Below, one piece after another: positions 26,001 through 34,374 of a stretch of DNA of 64,000 bases. Made by a program: the position numbers and the translations under genes. How positions within the stretch are numbered: position 1 is the first letter of the stretch; the number at the start of each line of letters is the position of its first letter. Location: positions 1,054,001 through 1,118,000 of the forward strand of contig NC_087248.1 of the NCBI RefSeq assembly GCF_037042905.1, read 5' to 3'. The notes under the pieces are model-generated. The model did not search any database and was not told the DNA's origin. It worked only from the letters and a program-made list of their open reading frames with translations. Origin of the DNA: Lytechinus pictus. Its lineage: Eukaryota.

Positions 26001-26334
26001 TTGACTATTTTTCTTTTACTCTACTTGCTTATATTATGTGATGATGGTGCCCACCAACAACTTTTCTTTCTTTACCCAAACTTTTTATGGGCTCCTTTTT
26101 CAGTGAATGATTAAAATAAGTCAAAATTGCATTTTTTGTTTAATTGAAAGACTGCATTACTCTCAGTGCTCACCCTGTCTTGTTTGAATTCTTTTATCTC
26201 ACCAGTCTGCAGGGTTCAGGGGTCATCGTCCTATGAGTTCACGACCGGGGGCTAACGGTGTAACGAGACCAAGTTATCGGACAAGGGCACAGTCAGCAGA
26301 CAGGAGCAACGGTAGAATGGGACATCACAGATGA
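5089..26334 (+). CDS. CEP126: Centrosomal protein CEP126 (KIAA1377) homologue, ~993 aa with all candidate exons
   Basis: Phase-consistent GT-AG exons: 5089-5162 (tentative first exon), 12000-12131, 12943-13100, 15230-15304 (symmetric), 17701-19809, 20840-20965, 23916-23990, 24359-24429, 25108-25140 (symmetric), 26206-26334 (TGA). Motifs recalled from CEP126: N-terminal coiled coil QIAARDRAKKLSVETNRRRKALE...REATNRYQR, LDKTPTDDEINWLWDKVRTCL, MTDSLMAFQQAEQMV and C-terminal SALSIEEAKVLESLDRLNARLK. Confidence 0.85.
5487..8720 (-). mobile_element. CR1-type non-LTR retrotransposon, 5'-truncated, antisense in CEP126 intron 1
   Basis: Open EN+RT ORF, ~190 nt 3' UTR with a small terminal stem-loop, and a (GTAAA/GTAA)n tail at 5487-5508. 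The 5' end abuts a MITE at ~8728; no ORF1 is visible. Confidence 0.92.
5699..8749 (-). CDS. LINE ORF2: AP endonuclease + reverse transcriptase (CR1 clade)
   Basis: 1016 aa open frame. APE motifs YTNVDSL, GLSE, VYRSP, GDFN, LDLVF, SDH. RT motifs KSPGPDG, YRPVSLTS, QHGF, DLMKAFD, GVPQGSVLGP, FADD. CR1-type C-terminus LESVQRRATK...RGDMI...RGH...FFSNRVV..WNSLP. The first ~8 codons come from the adjacent MITE. Confidence 0.95.
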   Translation of the reverse strand: MGPGTTILYTQLLCVKSKSVSKKGGSCQRKSQGKHADSSKSSEQRGFSSNRCPSLGVGQVKCVYTNVDSLLNKRHELETFISLHHPHVIGLSEVKPKNSRYSVDPAEVKLDGFDVFHNLHDAGRGVCLYISKDLKAEVYVGFSHLAFKEAVFACVGLKDGGSLLVGLVYRSPNASDEINDKLCLLLQEIGQSKFQEVLLFGDFNYPEINWELESCSSGEEHPAHKFLDCSKDAFLIQHQVKPTRHREGQRSNVLDLVFTLNESAISSIVTSAGLGKSDHCTLIFNLKVGGRSRLDDRERLVYGKGDYDAMHDKLVDIEWADEFSVKSMEDSWIFFKKTLLDVFDRYIPKKKYREHTRNKSWVKGKTLDLVREKHRQFRKWRYMHSQKSYGKYTPSELKKQEERYKRASNQARWYCRKAASDFERSIASGVKQNAKGFWSYVKSKTTTRENVANLTKEDGSVTSSDQDKAEILQAFFSSVFTKENVHDIPPLSQEMHYDSPLSDVEITSGDVFKLLSNLKTNKSPGPDGLHPFPLRELADVLALPLSLLFNKSMNCGLLPLDWKSANISPIFKKGSKADCKNYRPVSLTSIVCKIMEKLICDKLCVYLVENDLISMCQHGFVDGRSTVTNLLEVLDEWTQVLDEGGTIDAIYMDLMKAFDTVPHRRLLLKLESFGICGKLHVWLMSFLTGRRQRVVVGGKSSSWGEVLSGVPQGSVLGPTLFLVFVNDLPSVVKSNIVMFADDTKMYVRSDSVVGVKQLQKDISLLEEWAKKWQLRFHPDKCTVLKLGKNSTEEQTQYYMKGESNLITLTEVQAEKDLGILIDSKLSFKDQVSQAALKGNRVLGIIRRSFVCLDAVTMSYLFKGLIRPLLEYGQAAWSPYKLSEQRKLESVQRRATKMIPGFRNLSYMERLMKLKLPSLAHRRRRGDMIDVYKYMTGIYYTQHNLFTKSQRRSRGHRLKLEKKFSRLDIRKYFFSNRVVDMWNSLPDSVVSASSVNSFKICLDRHWSKNYDLLYKPV
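8728..10240. mobile_element. MITE with long (>80 bp) TIRs carrying an inserted LINE fragment
   Basis: Left GATGGTGGTCCC...CCCAAGTCTGCGCACCTAACAATTGGAGTTAAGATTTAACATGAATTTC matches the reverse complement of the right end ...GAAATTCATGTTAAATCTTAACTCAAATTGTTAGGTGCGCAGACTTGGGGACCACCATC. Confidence 0.85.
9228..10022 (+). mobile_element. 5'-truncated non-LTR retrotransposon 3' end (C-terminal CCHC zinc finger), inserted in the MITE
   Basis: Open frame to 9937 with CRLC-x4-EDVEHLVATCP, short 3' UTR and AG-rich tail. TSD AGACAT at 9222-9227 and 10023-10028. Confidence 0.8.
10484..10793. mobile_element. MITE with TIRs
   Basis: CCTGTATTCTGAAGTTGGGTTTAATTTAAAC... pairs with ...CTAAGTTAAACCCGACTTCAGAATATGGG. 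Confidence 0.65.
11160..11791 (+). mobile_element. Helentron-associated non-autonomous element (HINE/DINE-like) with internal ~126-bp tandem array
   Basis: 5' subTIR/IR ATGCCCC...GGGGCAT, 3+ copies of a ~126-bp unit (GGTGTGTAGGTAGATGACAC...AAAGGTCACAGCTC), 3' subTIR GCGGGAACAT, hairpin TGTCCGTTGGACA, terminal CTAGTT in a T-rich site. Confidence 0.7.
13661..14036. mobile_element. MITE with TTAA-type target (Kolobok-like, 5'-GG termini)
   Basis: TTAA|GGCCACCGCACACCTTACGA...TCGTAAGGTGTACAGTGGCC|TTAT. Confidence 0.75.
14041..14974. mobile_element. Palindromic MITE with TTAA-type target (Kolobok-like), interrupted by a SINE
   Basis: TTAT|AGGGATGGTCCGGGCTGAAA...TTTCAGCCCAGACCATCCCT|TTAA with long inverted arms. 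Confidence 0.8.
14105..14455 (-). mobile_element. tRNA-derived SINE
   Basis: Minus-strand head GGAAGAGCCGTGGTGTAGTGG (A box)...GTTCGAATCCC (B box), body containing CCCAGGTGCTAAATGGGTACC, (TAT)n-like tail, short AAAAT duplication at the junctions. Confidence 0.85.
15352..15497. mobile_element. Small MITE/hairpin
   Basis: AAGTTATGCCTGCTTCTCAAATAGACC pairs with GGTCTATTTGAGAAGGAGGCATAACTT. Confidence 0.65.
15658..17554 (-). mobile_element. Complete Tc1-family DNA transposon in a CEP126 intron
   Basis: TA TSD at 15656-15657 and 17555-17556. Perfect outer TIR CACTACTCAAAAAAAGTTAAGGACCACTTTTTAA; imperfect TIR extends ~195 bp. Encloses an intact transposase ORF. Confidence 0.95.
15916..16944 (-). 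CDS. Tc1 transposase, DD34E, 342 aa
   Basis: Starts MPRHHLSE; paired-like HTH, GRP AT-hook (RSGRP), catalytic FTDES / FMDDNARAH / SPDLNPIE with 34 residues between the second D and E, ends GGHTRY. The track ORF extension to 17211 comes from upstream tandem duplications. Confidence 0.95.
   Translation of the reverse strand: MPRHHLSETDVARALGMLEAGLSQRRVARMMGVSHSVISRANQRHRETGLYSERPRSGRPVSTTPRDDRYLTNLSLRNRFHSARRLNNDFAAATGVIVSTQTIRNRLHRANMHARRPAQCVPLTPAHRRIRLNWAREHVRWTRQQWRRVLFTDESRFSLDHNDGRSRVWRRPGERFADPCIAEHDRYGGGSVMVWGGITYANRTRLYVVPGGAMTGVRYRDEVLEPIVVPFAENVGQNIIFMDDNARAHRARVVTEFLEGQGIERMEWPARSPDLNPIEHVWDMMGRSLEQLEAHPLGLQQLGVALEAAWDALDVRDINRLISSMRQRCEAVIAAGGGHTRY
20172..20589. mobile_element. 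Near-perfectly palindromic MITE (second copy at 36319-36736)
   Basis: GGCCCGAATTCATAAAGG...TGTGAATTTGGGC termini with ~200-bp inverted arms. Confidence 0.8.
21403..22586 (+). mobile_element. Penelope-like retroelement, 5'-truncated (RT C-terminus + GIY-YIG endonuclease + 3' region)
   Basis: HQVYRNPTHTDRYLNYRSFHHP..KRAH, LPYVG, VYRIPCECGKVYIGKTGRSF..IKEH, then a premature TAG at 21936-21938, continuing in frame KSAIIDHAH..NH...REALEI...QDSGLQLSNIW to ~22147. ACAT is repeated at both junctions. Confidence 0.9.
22435..22485 (+). ncRNA. Minimal type I hammerhead ribozyme motif in the Penelope-like element
   Basis: CTGAAGA (22443-22449), C, stem II GACAAG/aacaca/CTTGTC (22451-22468), GAAA (22469-22472), CGTC (22473-22476). 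Stem I pairing is weak. Confidence 0.72.
23104..23633 (+). mobile_element. Helentron-associated non-autonomous element (HINE-like)
   Basis: TTTTAGCTCATC...GATGAGCT 5' IR, (CGTC)n microsatellite, 3' subTIR GGATGAGCT, hairpin CACATCATTGATGTG, terminal CTAGTTT. Confidence 0.7.
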
Positions 26335-29300
26335 GTTGGGACTTCCTCAGAGGAGAGAAGTTCTGCCCAGGTGGATGTCTGAAAAAAATCATACTTCTTC
26401 TGCTTTCATAGCTGTGTAGGACATCACAGATGAGCTTGAGACACACTGAGAGAAGGGTAGTTCTGCCTATGGCAGATGTGTGAATGAGTAATTTTTACTT
26501 CTCAGACAAGGTTGAAACAAAAAGCTCTTCTCATTGTAGATGTCAGTACATGCTCCTATGTAGAGTAGCCTCCAAAAACTTCCTACAGGAACATAAGTAT
26601 GGCTTGTGTTGCTCCTAAAGCTCCTTCTCCTACATCAAAGAGCTGTTGCTGCTCCTGCACCAGTGGTGCAGTGGTCCCTGATAGACTTCTCTACATTCAT
26701 CTAGATCATCAACTTACCGCTTAAAATCAGGGAGATGGGGATGTTGTAGGAAAGTTGTTTGAAATCAATTTCAAATCTCATTTGAATTGTGAAATTTGTG
26801 TTATTGATGGATTGATTTGGACTGTAGAAAATCAGTTTATCCTTTCTGTTGCAAGAAACAGATTGGTAATTGCAAATGACTTCACACACTTGTGATTGAT
26901 TTTGAGATTGACTTTTCATGCGACACTTCTCTCCAAGGGAAGCTTGTCAACAAAGAGAGTAAAGCCTTGTACAGTCATTGTAGCACTCTGTTTCACTCTG
27001 ACCCTGACTCTCATCCATAACATTGAAATCATGTGACTAGTCATATGACTAATGAAGCCTAAAATGCACCTTGAGGAGACCCTATGTCCATTCCTTTCCT
27101 GCTTGGCTTGTAAAGCTTTTATTGTGTGTGTGATCTTTTGTAAAGATAGCCAATAGCTGCTATGCACTGTATCTTCATTTCAAAATCACAAAAAAATAGA
27201 ATTAGGATGCTGGTTTCGCCATCCATTGCAAATTTGCCTTACAAAAGTTTACTGTTGCAAATCATGAAACCTTTATAATGTCTGTGGTAGTGCCTTTGTA
27301 GTGTGTGCAAATGATACTGGTCATTCCGTGTCTACTAAAATATACATACTTTTATTAAGAACATAGGAATGTTTTTTGAAGAGTTCATTCATTAAGTTGT
27401 AGGTACAAGTTGCCTTACCCACCACAGGAATATGACCTGTCATATGTTTTTTTTCTATGATGTTTAGAATGATGCAATGTTCCAATGAATGAAATCATTT
27501 ACAGTCAAATTTCAGTTCACACTTACATGTACTTGTCTGAACATCTTTTGATACATAATCTTCTTGTCATTTGTAACTTTATGAAACACCTTTTAGGAGT
27601 TACATGAAGCTGTTGTTGTTCATTTGATCTCATTGTGTTATAAAATCTTGTGCCTTTTTAATGCAGAAAGGCATTTACTTTGCCTTTTTTTGTTACCTTA
27701 AACACACAATTTTAATAGGAGATACATATAGTTTTATTGATAGCTTTATGTACAGCTAAAAAGTTTTGTTGGATAGGTGTCTTGCATTAAATACTGTTGC
27801 AAGTTTTGACCAATGAGAAACTGGAAATATTTCAATAATATAGAGAGGCCTTGATAGATAAATATAGTATCGTCCATATGAGAACACACAGTCATCTCAC
27901 CAACATTTGTCATTTAACAATTTTCCTTGGTTCCTAATTGGCTGAGAAGCACAATTGTATGACCGTTACTAAGGTAATTGTAGGGTAATGACAATTTTTA
28001 TGAAGCAGCTCCCATATCTCCCAAAGCTAATATAGTGATATGATATGAATCAAGCCAATGTAAATGTATTAAGGTAATATTTTGGAAAGGCAAATCAATT
28101 TTATTCTTTGATATCTCAAAGCAAAGGTGTTTCTTGTTTAATAATTCGCTGGTTGATCTCATCTTCATTCAATATGCAGTGTTTATAAGCTGTAGTTACA
28201 TGTAGCTACATTAATGAACTAGGATTCATTTAGCACTGTGCACACTACAATAGAAGTTTAATTTCATTGCCTTTTTGCATTGAAAAAATACCGAGTAAGC
28301 AAAGTCTTCTGACAAATAAAAAAGTTAACAAAATGGTAGACCCTTTTCGTTATCCTTAGGCAGCATATTCAAGTATGGACAATTTTGTTTGTGTGTGTTT
28401 CATTTTTGTCAACTCCTGCCAAATGAGAGTAGCTTATGCTTTAATAAGTTTTCTACATTAATATTGCTAAGAATTATGTTTGAAGTGAACTGACCAGTAG
28501 TAGTTTTATTTCCAGTTATTACTAAATCTAATTATATATTATACTTTGCATTGACAATCTAAACATAAGATTATTAGATTATTAGTAGATGACATGTACA
28601 TTTAATTTAGAAAAATAAATGTTGCAGTTTGCTGAGCGACGATGCAAAGTTTTGCCAATAAGTCATAAAAGCTAAATGAATTTATGTGATGATATGATTA
28701 TAGATGAAAGATTACTTCATTTCTGAAATGTTAATGTACTATTGATTTGATTTCCCAATTATTACTTTTCATTTGCTGTAAGTGAATGCACTGCTTATCT
28801 GAATGATAAAAAATGCCAGAAGTTCCTAATATGCCCTTGATTTACGAACTTATGAACATAACATATAGATTAACTTTTTCCATAATCTCATTTTGTGAAC
28901 AGTAAATGTATTTTATTCCTTACACATGTATAGCTATTGATAAGAATAACATGATTATATATAATTGTATTCACCTTGCAATTCTTTTCCGTCCACTTTA
29001 AAATGAATTTTCTCATCTTTATTTTAATTAATGTTCAAAGTAATTTATAGTTTTAATTGGTGGTTATGGCTCCCTGTATTTAATGACTCTATATCTATTT
29101 GATTTGAATTGAAGGTTTTATTATCATTTCATCGCAGCCAGTGGCTGAATTGAGAAAGATTTACAAAGTAAAAACATAATATATAAACATAAACAGTGAA
29201 ATACAACAGTGAAAGTTAACAAATATTTTTTGAAAGAAATGTCCAATAACCAATTAATATTCTAGTAAACTTTGGAGACATGATAAACCCATGTGTATAA

Positions 29301-29915
29301 ACTTACTATTATAGAGTTTTACTTGAAGTTGAATTTGTTGGTATATGAATAGTGTTTTAAGAAATAAATAGCAAAAATTTGAATATCGTGTAGAAAGTTA
29401 TGGAAAAATTGCAGAAATAAAGGTTTCACGGAGTGCATAATTGAGTAGCCTAGTATTATCGGAAAATTCTAGTAATTTAACAAATCTATTCCTGGGATTG
29501 AAGTTATAATAGTTGATTCAATTAGCTTTTATAATGCCAAGAATTCCATTATTGTATCCTTTATATGAATTATAATAAGAAACTTAATGTTTTTATTCTT
29601 AAGGGGTAGATGGTATTATATGATTGCTTTTGGTATCACAGTGGTCTGTGTATTATTAAGAAGTTTACACATGTATATAATGTGAATGGGTGAGACATTT
29701 AAATGAACAGCTTATCTTCTGAGCATCATGTACCCAACATATTGTATTCTATTCAATTGGTCTACTAGCAGTTGGTCTACTACTCAGATAGTCTAATACC
29801 ACATCAGCTAAACCCTTTACTGATTGGGCCAACTATTGTTTGGTCTAATACCCACTAAGTCTAATCGTCATTTAGTCTAATTGCCCAGATTCCCACTTCG
29901 TCTACTATTACTCTG

Positions 29916-30162
29916 AGGGCGTCGTGGTCTTGTGGTTACGACTCTTGTCTTTCAATCAGAGGGTCGCGACTTCGAATTTAGAATCCCATCCATGGCATGT
30001 CTTCAGCAAGAAATTTACCCACATTGTTCTGCTCTCAACCTGGTAGGATTTATTAGCTCGGCTACAGCCGGGTTATAATATGATACCAAGTATCAAGCGC
30101 AGTAGAGTATATGCAAATATAGTAGCTGCGCTATATATATGAATGGACCATATTATTATCAT
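29916..30162 (+). mobile_element. tRNA-derived SINE inserted in a decayed MITE (~29745-30415)
   Basis: Head GGGCGTCGTGGTCTTGTGG...TTCGAAT, (TAT)n tail, ACTCTG repeated at both flanks. Confidence 0.7.
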
Positions 30163-30509
30163 AACTCTGCACTGTCAAATGACAATGTAGCTCATTAAAC
30201 AGTTCATCTATTTCATTTAGACTACATGTAAGTGGTGTGAGACCAAGTGGATATTATACAAAATGGGTATAGCCTAGATAGAAATTAGACAAGATGGTAA
30301 ATGGGTAAAATGATAATTAGACAAATAGTATAAAATGAAGTAAAGAATAGATGATGTGGGATGAGACCAAACAGAAAATCAAAGAGATTGTAGACTAAAT
30401 GGTATTTTACTGGTACCATAATCATGTATTCCTTCTATAACAGAACACCATGAGCATTCCATAATACATTTTTTAGATGATATACGTTTAAGTACTTTAC
30501 CAGTAATGT

Positions 30510-30903
30510 GGAATTCGTATTCAATCGATACTTCAGCCAGAATTTTAAGTATTTTACTCAGTATTTTGCGTAAGTAAAATACTTATCCATCTTTGATATT
30601 CAATTGCATTTTTGGCTAAGTATTTTGCTTAAATCTAAGTCAGCCACCTATCAGACTTTGGTCTGGCTTGCATGCAGTTTACAAACATGAAATGCGTAGC
30701 CATACATTCATGTATTGCGTGTTATTTGGCTCAAAATTTACGATGTCACAATGATTTTAAATAAGTATTTCGCTTAAATTTGGCTTGATAAAGTGAAATA
30801 CTTAATGTGATCTGAATACAAGTTTTAGCTTGTTGCTTTAATAGCCAAGTAAAATGCTAAGTAAAATACTTACAAAATCAATACTTTAAATTGAATACCA
30901 GCC
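30510..30903. mobile_element. Probable MITE with AAGTATTTTACT sub-repeats
   Basis: GTATTCAAT near the left end and ATTGAATAC near the right end; inverted AAGTATTTTRCT motifs. Confidence 0.45.
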
Positions 30904-31929
30904 CTGGCCAAATGCTGTTTCTCTGGATACATCCATATTCTGTGAAGTAATATGATACTATATCATACTTCCATCTTTAACACCTATGAAGTCAACAAAA
31001 CTGCTTATGTAATGTATTCAATCTAGTTTAAGGAGTTATAGAATATAATTCAAGCTATAAATGTATTCATATTTATTGTACTGTGTCACATACTAGTAGC
31101 TTGTACTGGCCCAGTTATGAATAAAATATTCAAAAAAACATTGGTACATGCAACTTGATTTGATAGTCTGCCAGGCAAAGAATTTTTTTCTGGACAGGGA
31201 CATTTTTTTGATCCATTTACTGATGTCATTTATGAAAATTTGGTATTGAACTCAATAACAATTTACCTTTATGAAATTAAGGTGTGGTTGCTGTTTTTTT
31301 TTAATGTCTTGTTTCATATTTAAACCTTACATGTATGTAGCCCCTGTGCCTGAAAGGCATTATGATTTGTGAGGTAGCTTGTGCAATTTGTTACCAGTGA
31401 TATTCTTGTGATTTTTAATTGTAAAAGAAGAAGAAAAAAGGGGGATAATATATTTGTAAATCTCCAAATCTGCACAAAATATCAATATGATAATTCACAA
31501 CGGATTCCTGCATAAGTAATGAAGTGCATATCTTCTGTGAGATGTTGTTTGGAAATTATTGTAGGACTTGGTTTCATACAACATAAGAAGTGATAGACAT
31601 GTAAATTAATATATTTTATGGAGTGTAATAAATGAATTGCCTTGTGTTATACCACTTTATTTGATATTGTAGATAGCAGACTCTATATAGAACATTAAAT
31701 TATGGCTGACTGGCTCTGATGTATTAGAAACATTGACGCTTTTGTCATTTATTGAGGTTTAATAATATTGTTTTTGCCATCATCCTCATCATTATCAAAC
31801 ACCCAGTTCAATGAAAATATTTTCCTCTTCCCTCTCTCTTTCTCTCTATCCATGTATATCCTCCATCCTACTTAAAGTGAACTATCATTGTCAAGATATA
31901 CCACCACATGGTACAGTACCTAATAATTA

Positions 31930-32150
31930 TTGTTTTCATCTTCCTGATCATCTTCATCATCATCATCATCAGCCTTATCATTATCAGCAGCATCATCATC
32001 ACAATCGCCATCATCTTCATTATCATTACCGTCGTCATGCTCATAATTATCTTCGTCATCATCACCATCATTACCACCACCACTATCATCACCACAACCA
32101 TCATCATCAATATCATCATCACCACCGTTATCACCATTATCTTCATCAAA
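31930..32150 (+). repeat. Degenerate (CAT/CAC)n microsatellite between ~140-bp direct repeats
   Basis: CAT-rich tract; the flanking unit ACCCAGTT.CA.TGAAAAT...CCACATGGTACA occurs at ~31800 and ~32152. Confidence 0.8.
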
Positions 32151-34374
32151 GACCCAGTTTCATGAAAATGTTCTCACTCCCTCTCTTTTCCCCTCTTATA
32201 TCTTCCATCCTCTACTTTTCTTCACTTCTGAAGTCAACTTTCACTGTCACGTTCTATCACCACATGGTACATGTAAATCATAATTGTAGTTTTCCTCATC
32301 ATCATCATCAACACCGATATTTAACTTTGCATTCTTTCCCTTCTGTCTTAGGAGACTGTAACTCAAACCTTAGCAATTAATTGTAGAACAAATCTTTATG
32401 ATTGATCACATTACCCACCATGTACTATCAGTCATGAACATCAAACATACAATCAATTGCTATGCTTTATGTTAGGACACCCTGATGAGGATTTTGTCTC
32501 ACAATTGAGATGAAAAGGTTGGGTAATAAAAAAAGAGAATACTAAAGTGACGAACAGGATTTGTTTTTCATTTTTATGTAATATATTTTATTTCAAATGG
32601 TAATTTTGTATTTTCATGATCAATATATACATCAAACTCCTTGATGTGCAACATATTCAATTACTCTACATGTACATACAACAGTGAATACGGTAAATTA
32701 TAATCATTCATATGATTATTCCAATCAATCATAAAGCCCAACAAACCCAAACAACAGTTGTATATAATCAAACCCACAAAGTGGATAAACTTCAGATCAT
32801 TAGAGAAAACCAGACCGTCTTTCTCTCTCTTGATGGCATAGATGCTAATTGCAAATTTCGTTGTTCATTGTTTACATTTGTAGTGCATAGCAACTGGTAC
32901 AATATTTCCTGAAGGTCATATCTTGTGATCAATTACATGTAGAAGAGAAAATTATGACATTGAATGCTGACATTCTGATAGCAGGTGAACGCAATTAATA
33001 TGACCATGACAGGAAATTGACTTCCATTTCACCAATACAAACATGCATTGTGTCTATATCACAATCAATATTGACCTAACAAGTATGTTATGTGGCCTAT
33101 TATTTAGACGGTCTGCAATGACATCTGTCAACGGATCACAGTTGAAAGTACAAATAAAATGTCCTATGATAAAATATCTTCAGAATTATCAGCACAGGAA
33201 AAAATAATAATACATAAAGATTTAGCATTTTAATGCAGCTAATTGTAATTCAAGTAAACAATGTAAGAAGTGATCAACAACAAACATTCCCTCCCCAAAT
33301 TTCTCTTTCTCTCTCTCTCTCCCTCCGTCCCTCCCTATCTCGCACTCTCTCCTTCCTCCCCCCTCCTCCATGTCTCTCTCTCTTTCTCTCTCTCACTTTC
33401 TTTGCCTGTCTCATATATATCCCTTCAAATTGCTTTTCCCACATTCTCTACATTCTACATGTATGCACAATTTTCCTTTAAAATCAAGAACTTCACAACA
33501 AATATATTAGTCTATTACTTCCTCTAGCACAATTAAAAATCAAACATAAAGGCAGATGAAATTGCATGATATAAAGGTCACTTGTGCATTATTCTTTGAA
33601 TATAACGTGCAAGGCATTTCACTCAAATCAAGACACTTCATTATTTGTTCATCTGACTCAAAGGGTCTGCATTGTAAAATACAAATAACAAAATACTGGA
33701 ATAAAAAAAAAACATGGTTCCAATATTGGTAATTAATTTTCTTTAAGAAGTACCTGACTTTCTGCAAGGTTAATCAACCTCCTAATGCATAAATTTGATT
33801 CAAATTTTAAATTCATTCAACAATAATCACTATTTAAAAATAGGAAGTATTTAATCAATGCAGCCTGGCCACACACCTGTCATATAACAAACTTCATCAC
33901 ATGTATGCTACATGTATGATTTAAGTTTTATCGGGCACAATGGCACACTAGTTTCAATTGCATAGTTGCAACCAGCATTTTATATCAAGCATGTTCCAAA
34001 TATTCTGAAGCTTAGTGGATGGATGGACGGTGAAATTTGATAGTATCGAGTGTATGAATCTGATGAAATCTACACATAAAGAAATACTAATGTATGCTAG
34101 ACTTAAATGAGCATGTCACTTTGTCTTAACATGATGACTTCTTTAAACTGCATTTATGTTATTAAATAATTCTTCAGAATATCATAAAAAAATATACAAA
34201 ATGCAAAGCACAAATACAGCATTTGTAATCTTTTTTCACAAAACACAAAATAGACACAGATTTCACATCTGCAAATACAAAAGCAGAGCACAGCTTCACA
34301 ATCTTTGCATAAATGATGTGGAGAAAAGAAAGCCATAGATCTATCAAACATTTAAAAATACATATTATCCAGCA

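Noticed and set aside
29100-29640. Possible decayed LINE 3' end on the minus strand
   Set aside because: Only a tail-like TTTGA/TTGAA repeat and vague residue patterns; too degraded to call.
31811-32380. 189-aa His-rich ORF and overlapping Ile/Met-rich ORFs
   Set aside because: By-product of a (CAT)n microsatellite; no splice context or domain. The same applies to ORFs at 40593-40872 and 61628-62244.
32482-32516. Second hammerhead-like CTGATGA...GAAA
   Set aside because: The hairpin is separated from the core by ~7 unpaired nt, and there is no stem III/NUH site or Penelope context.
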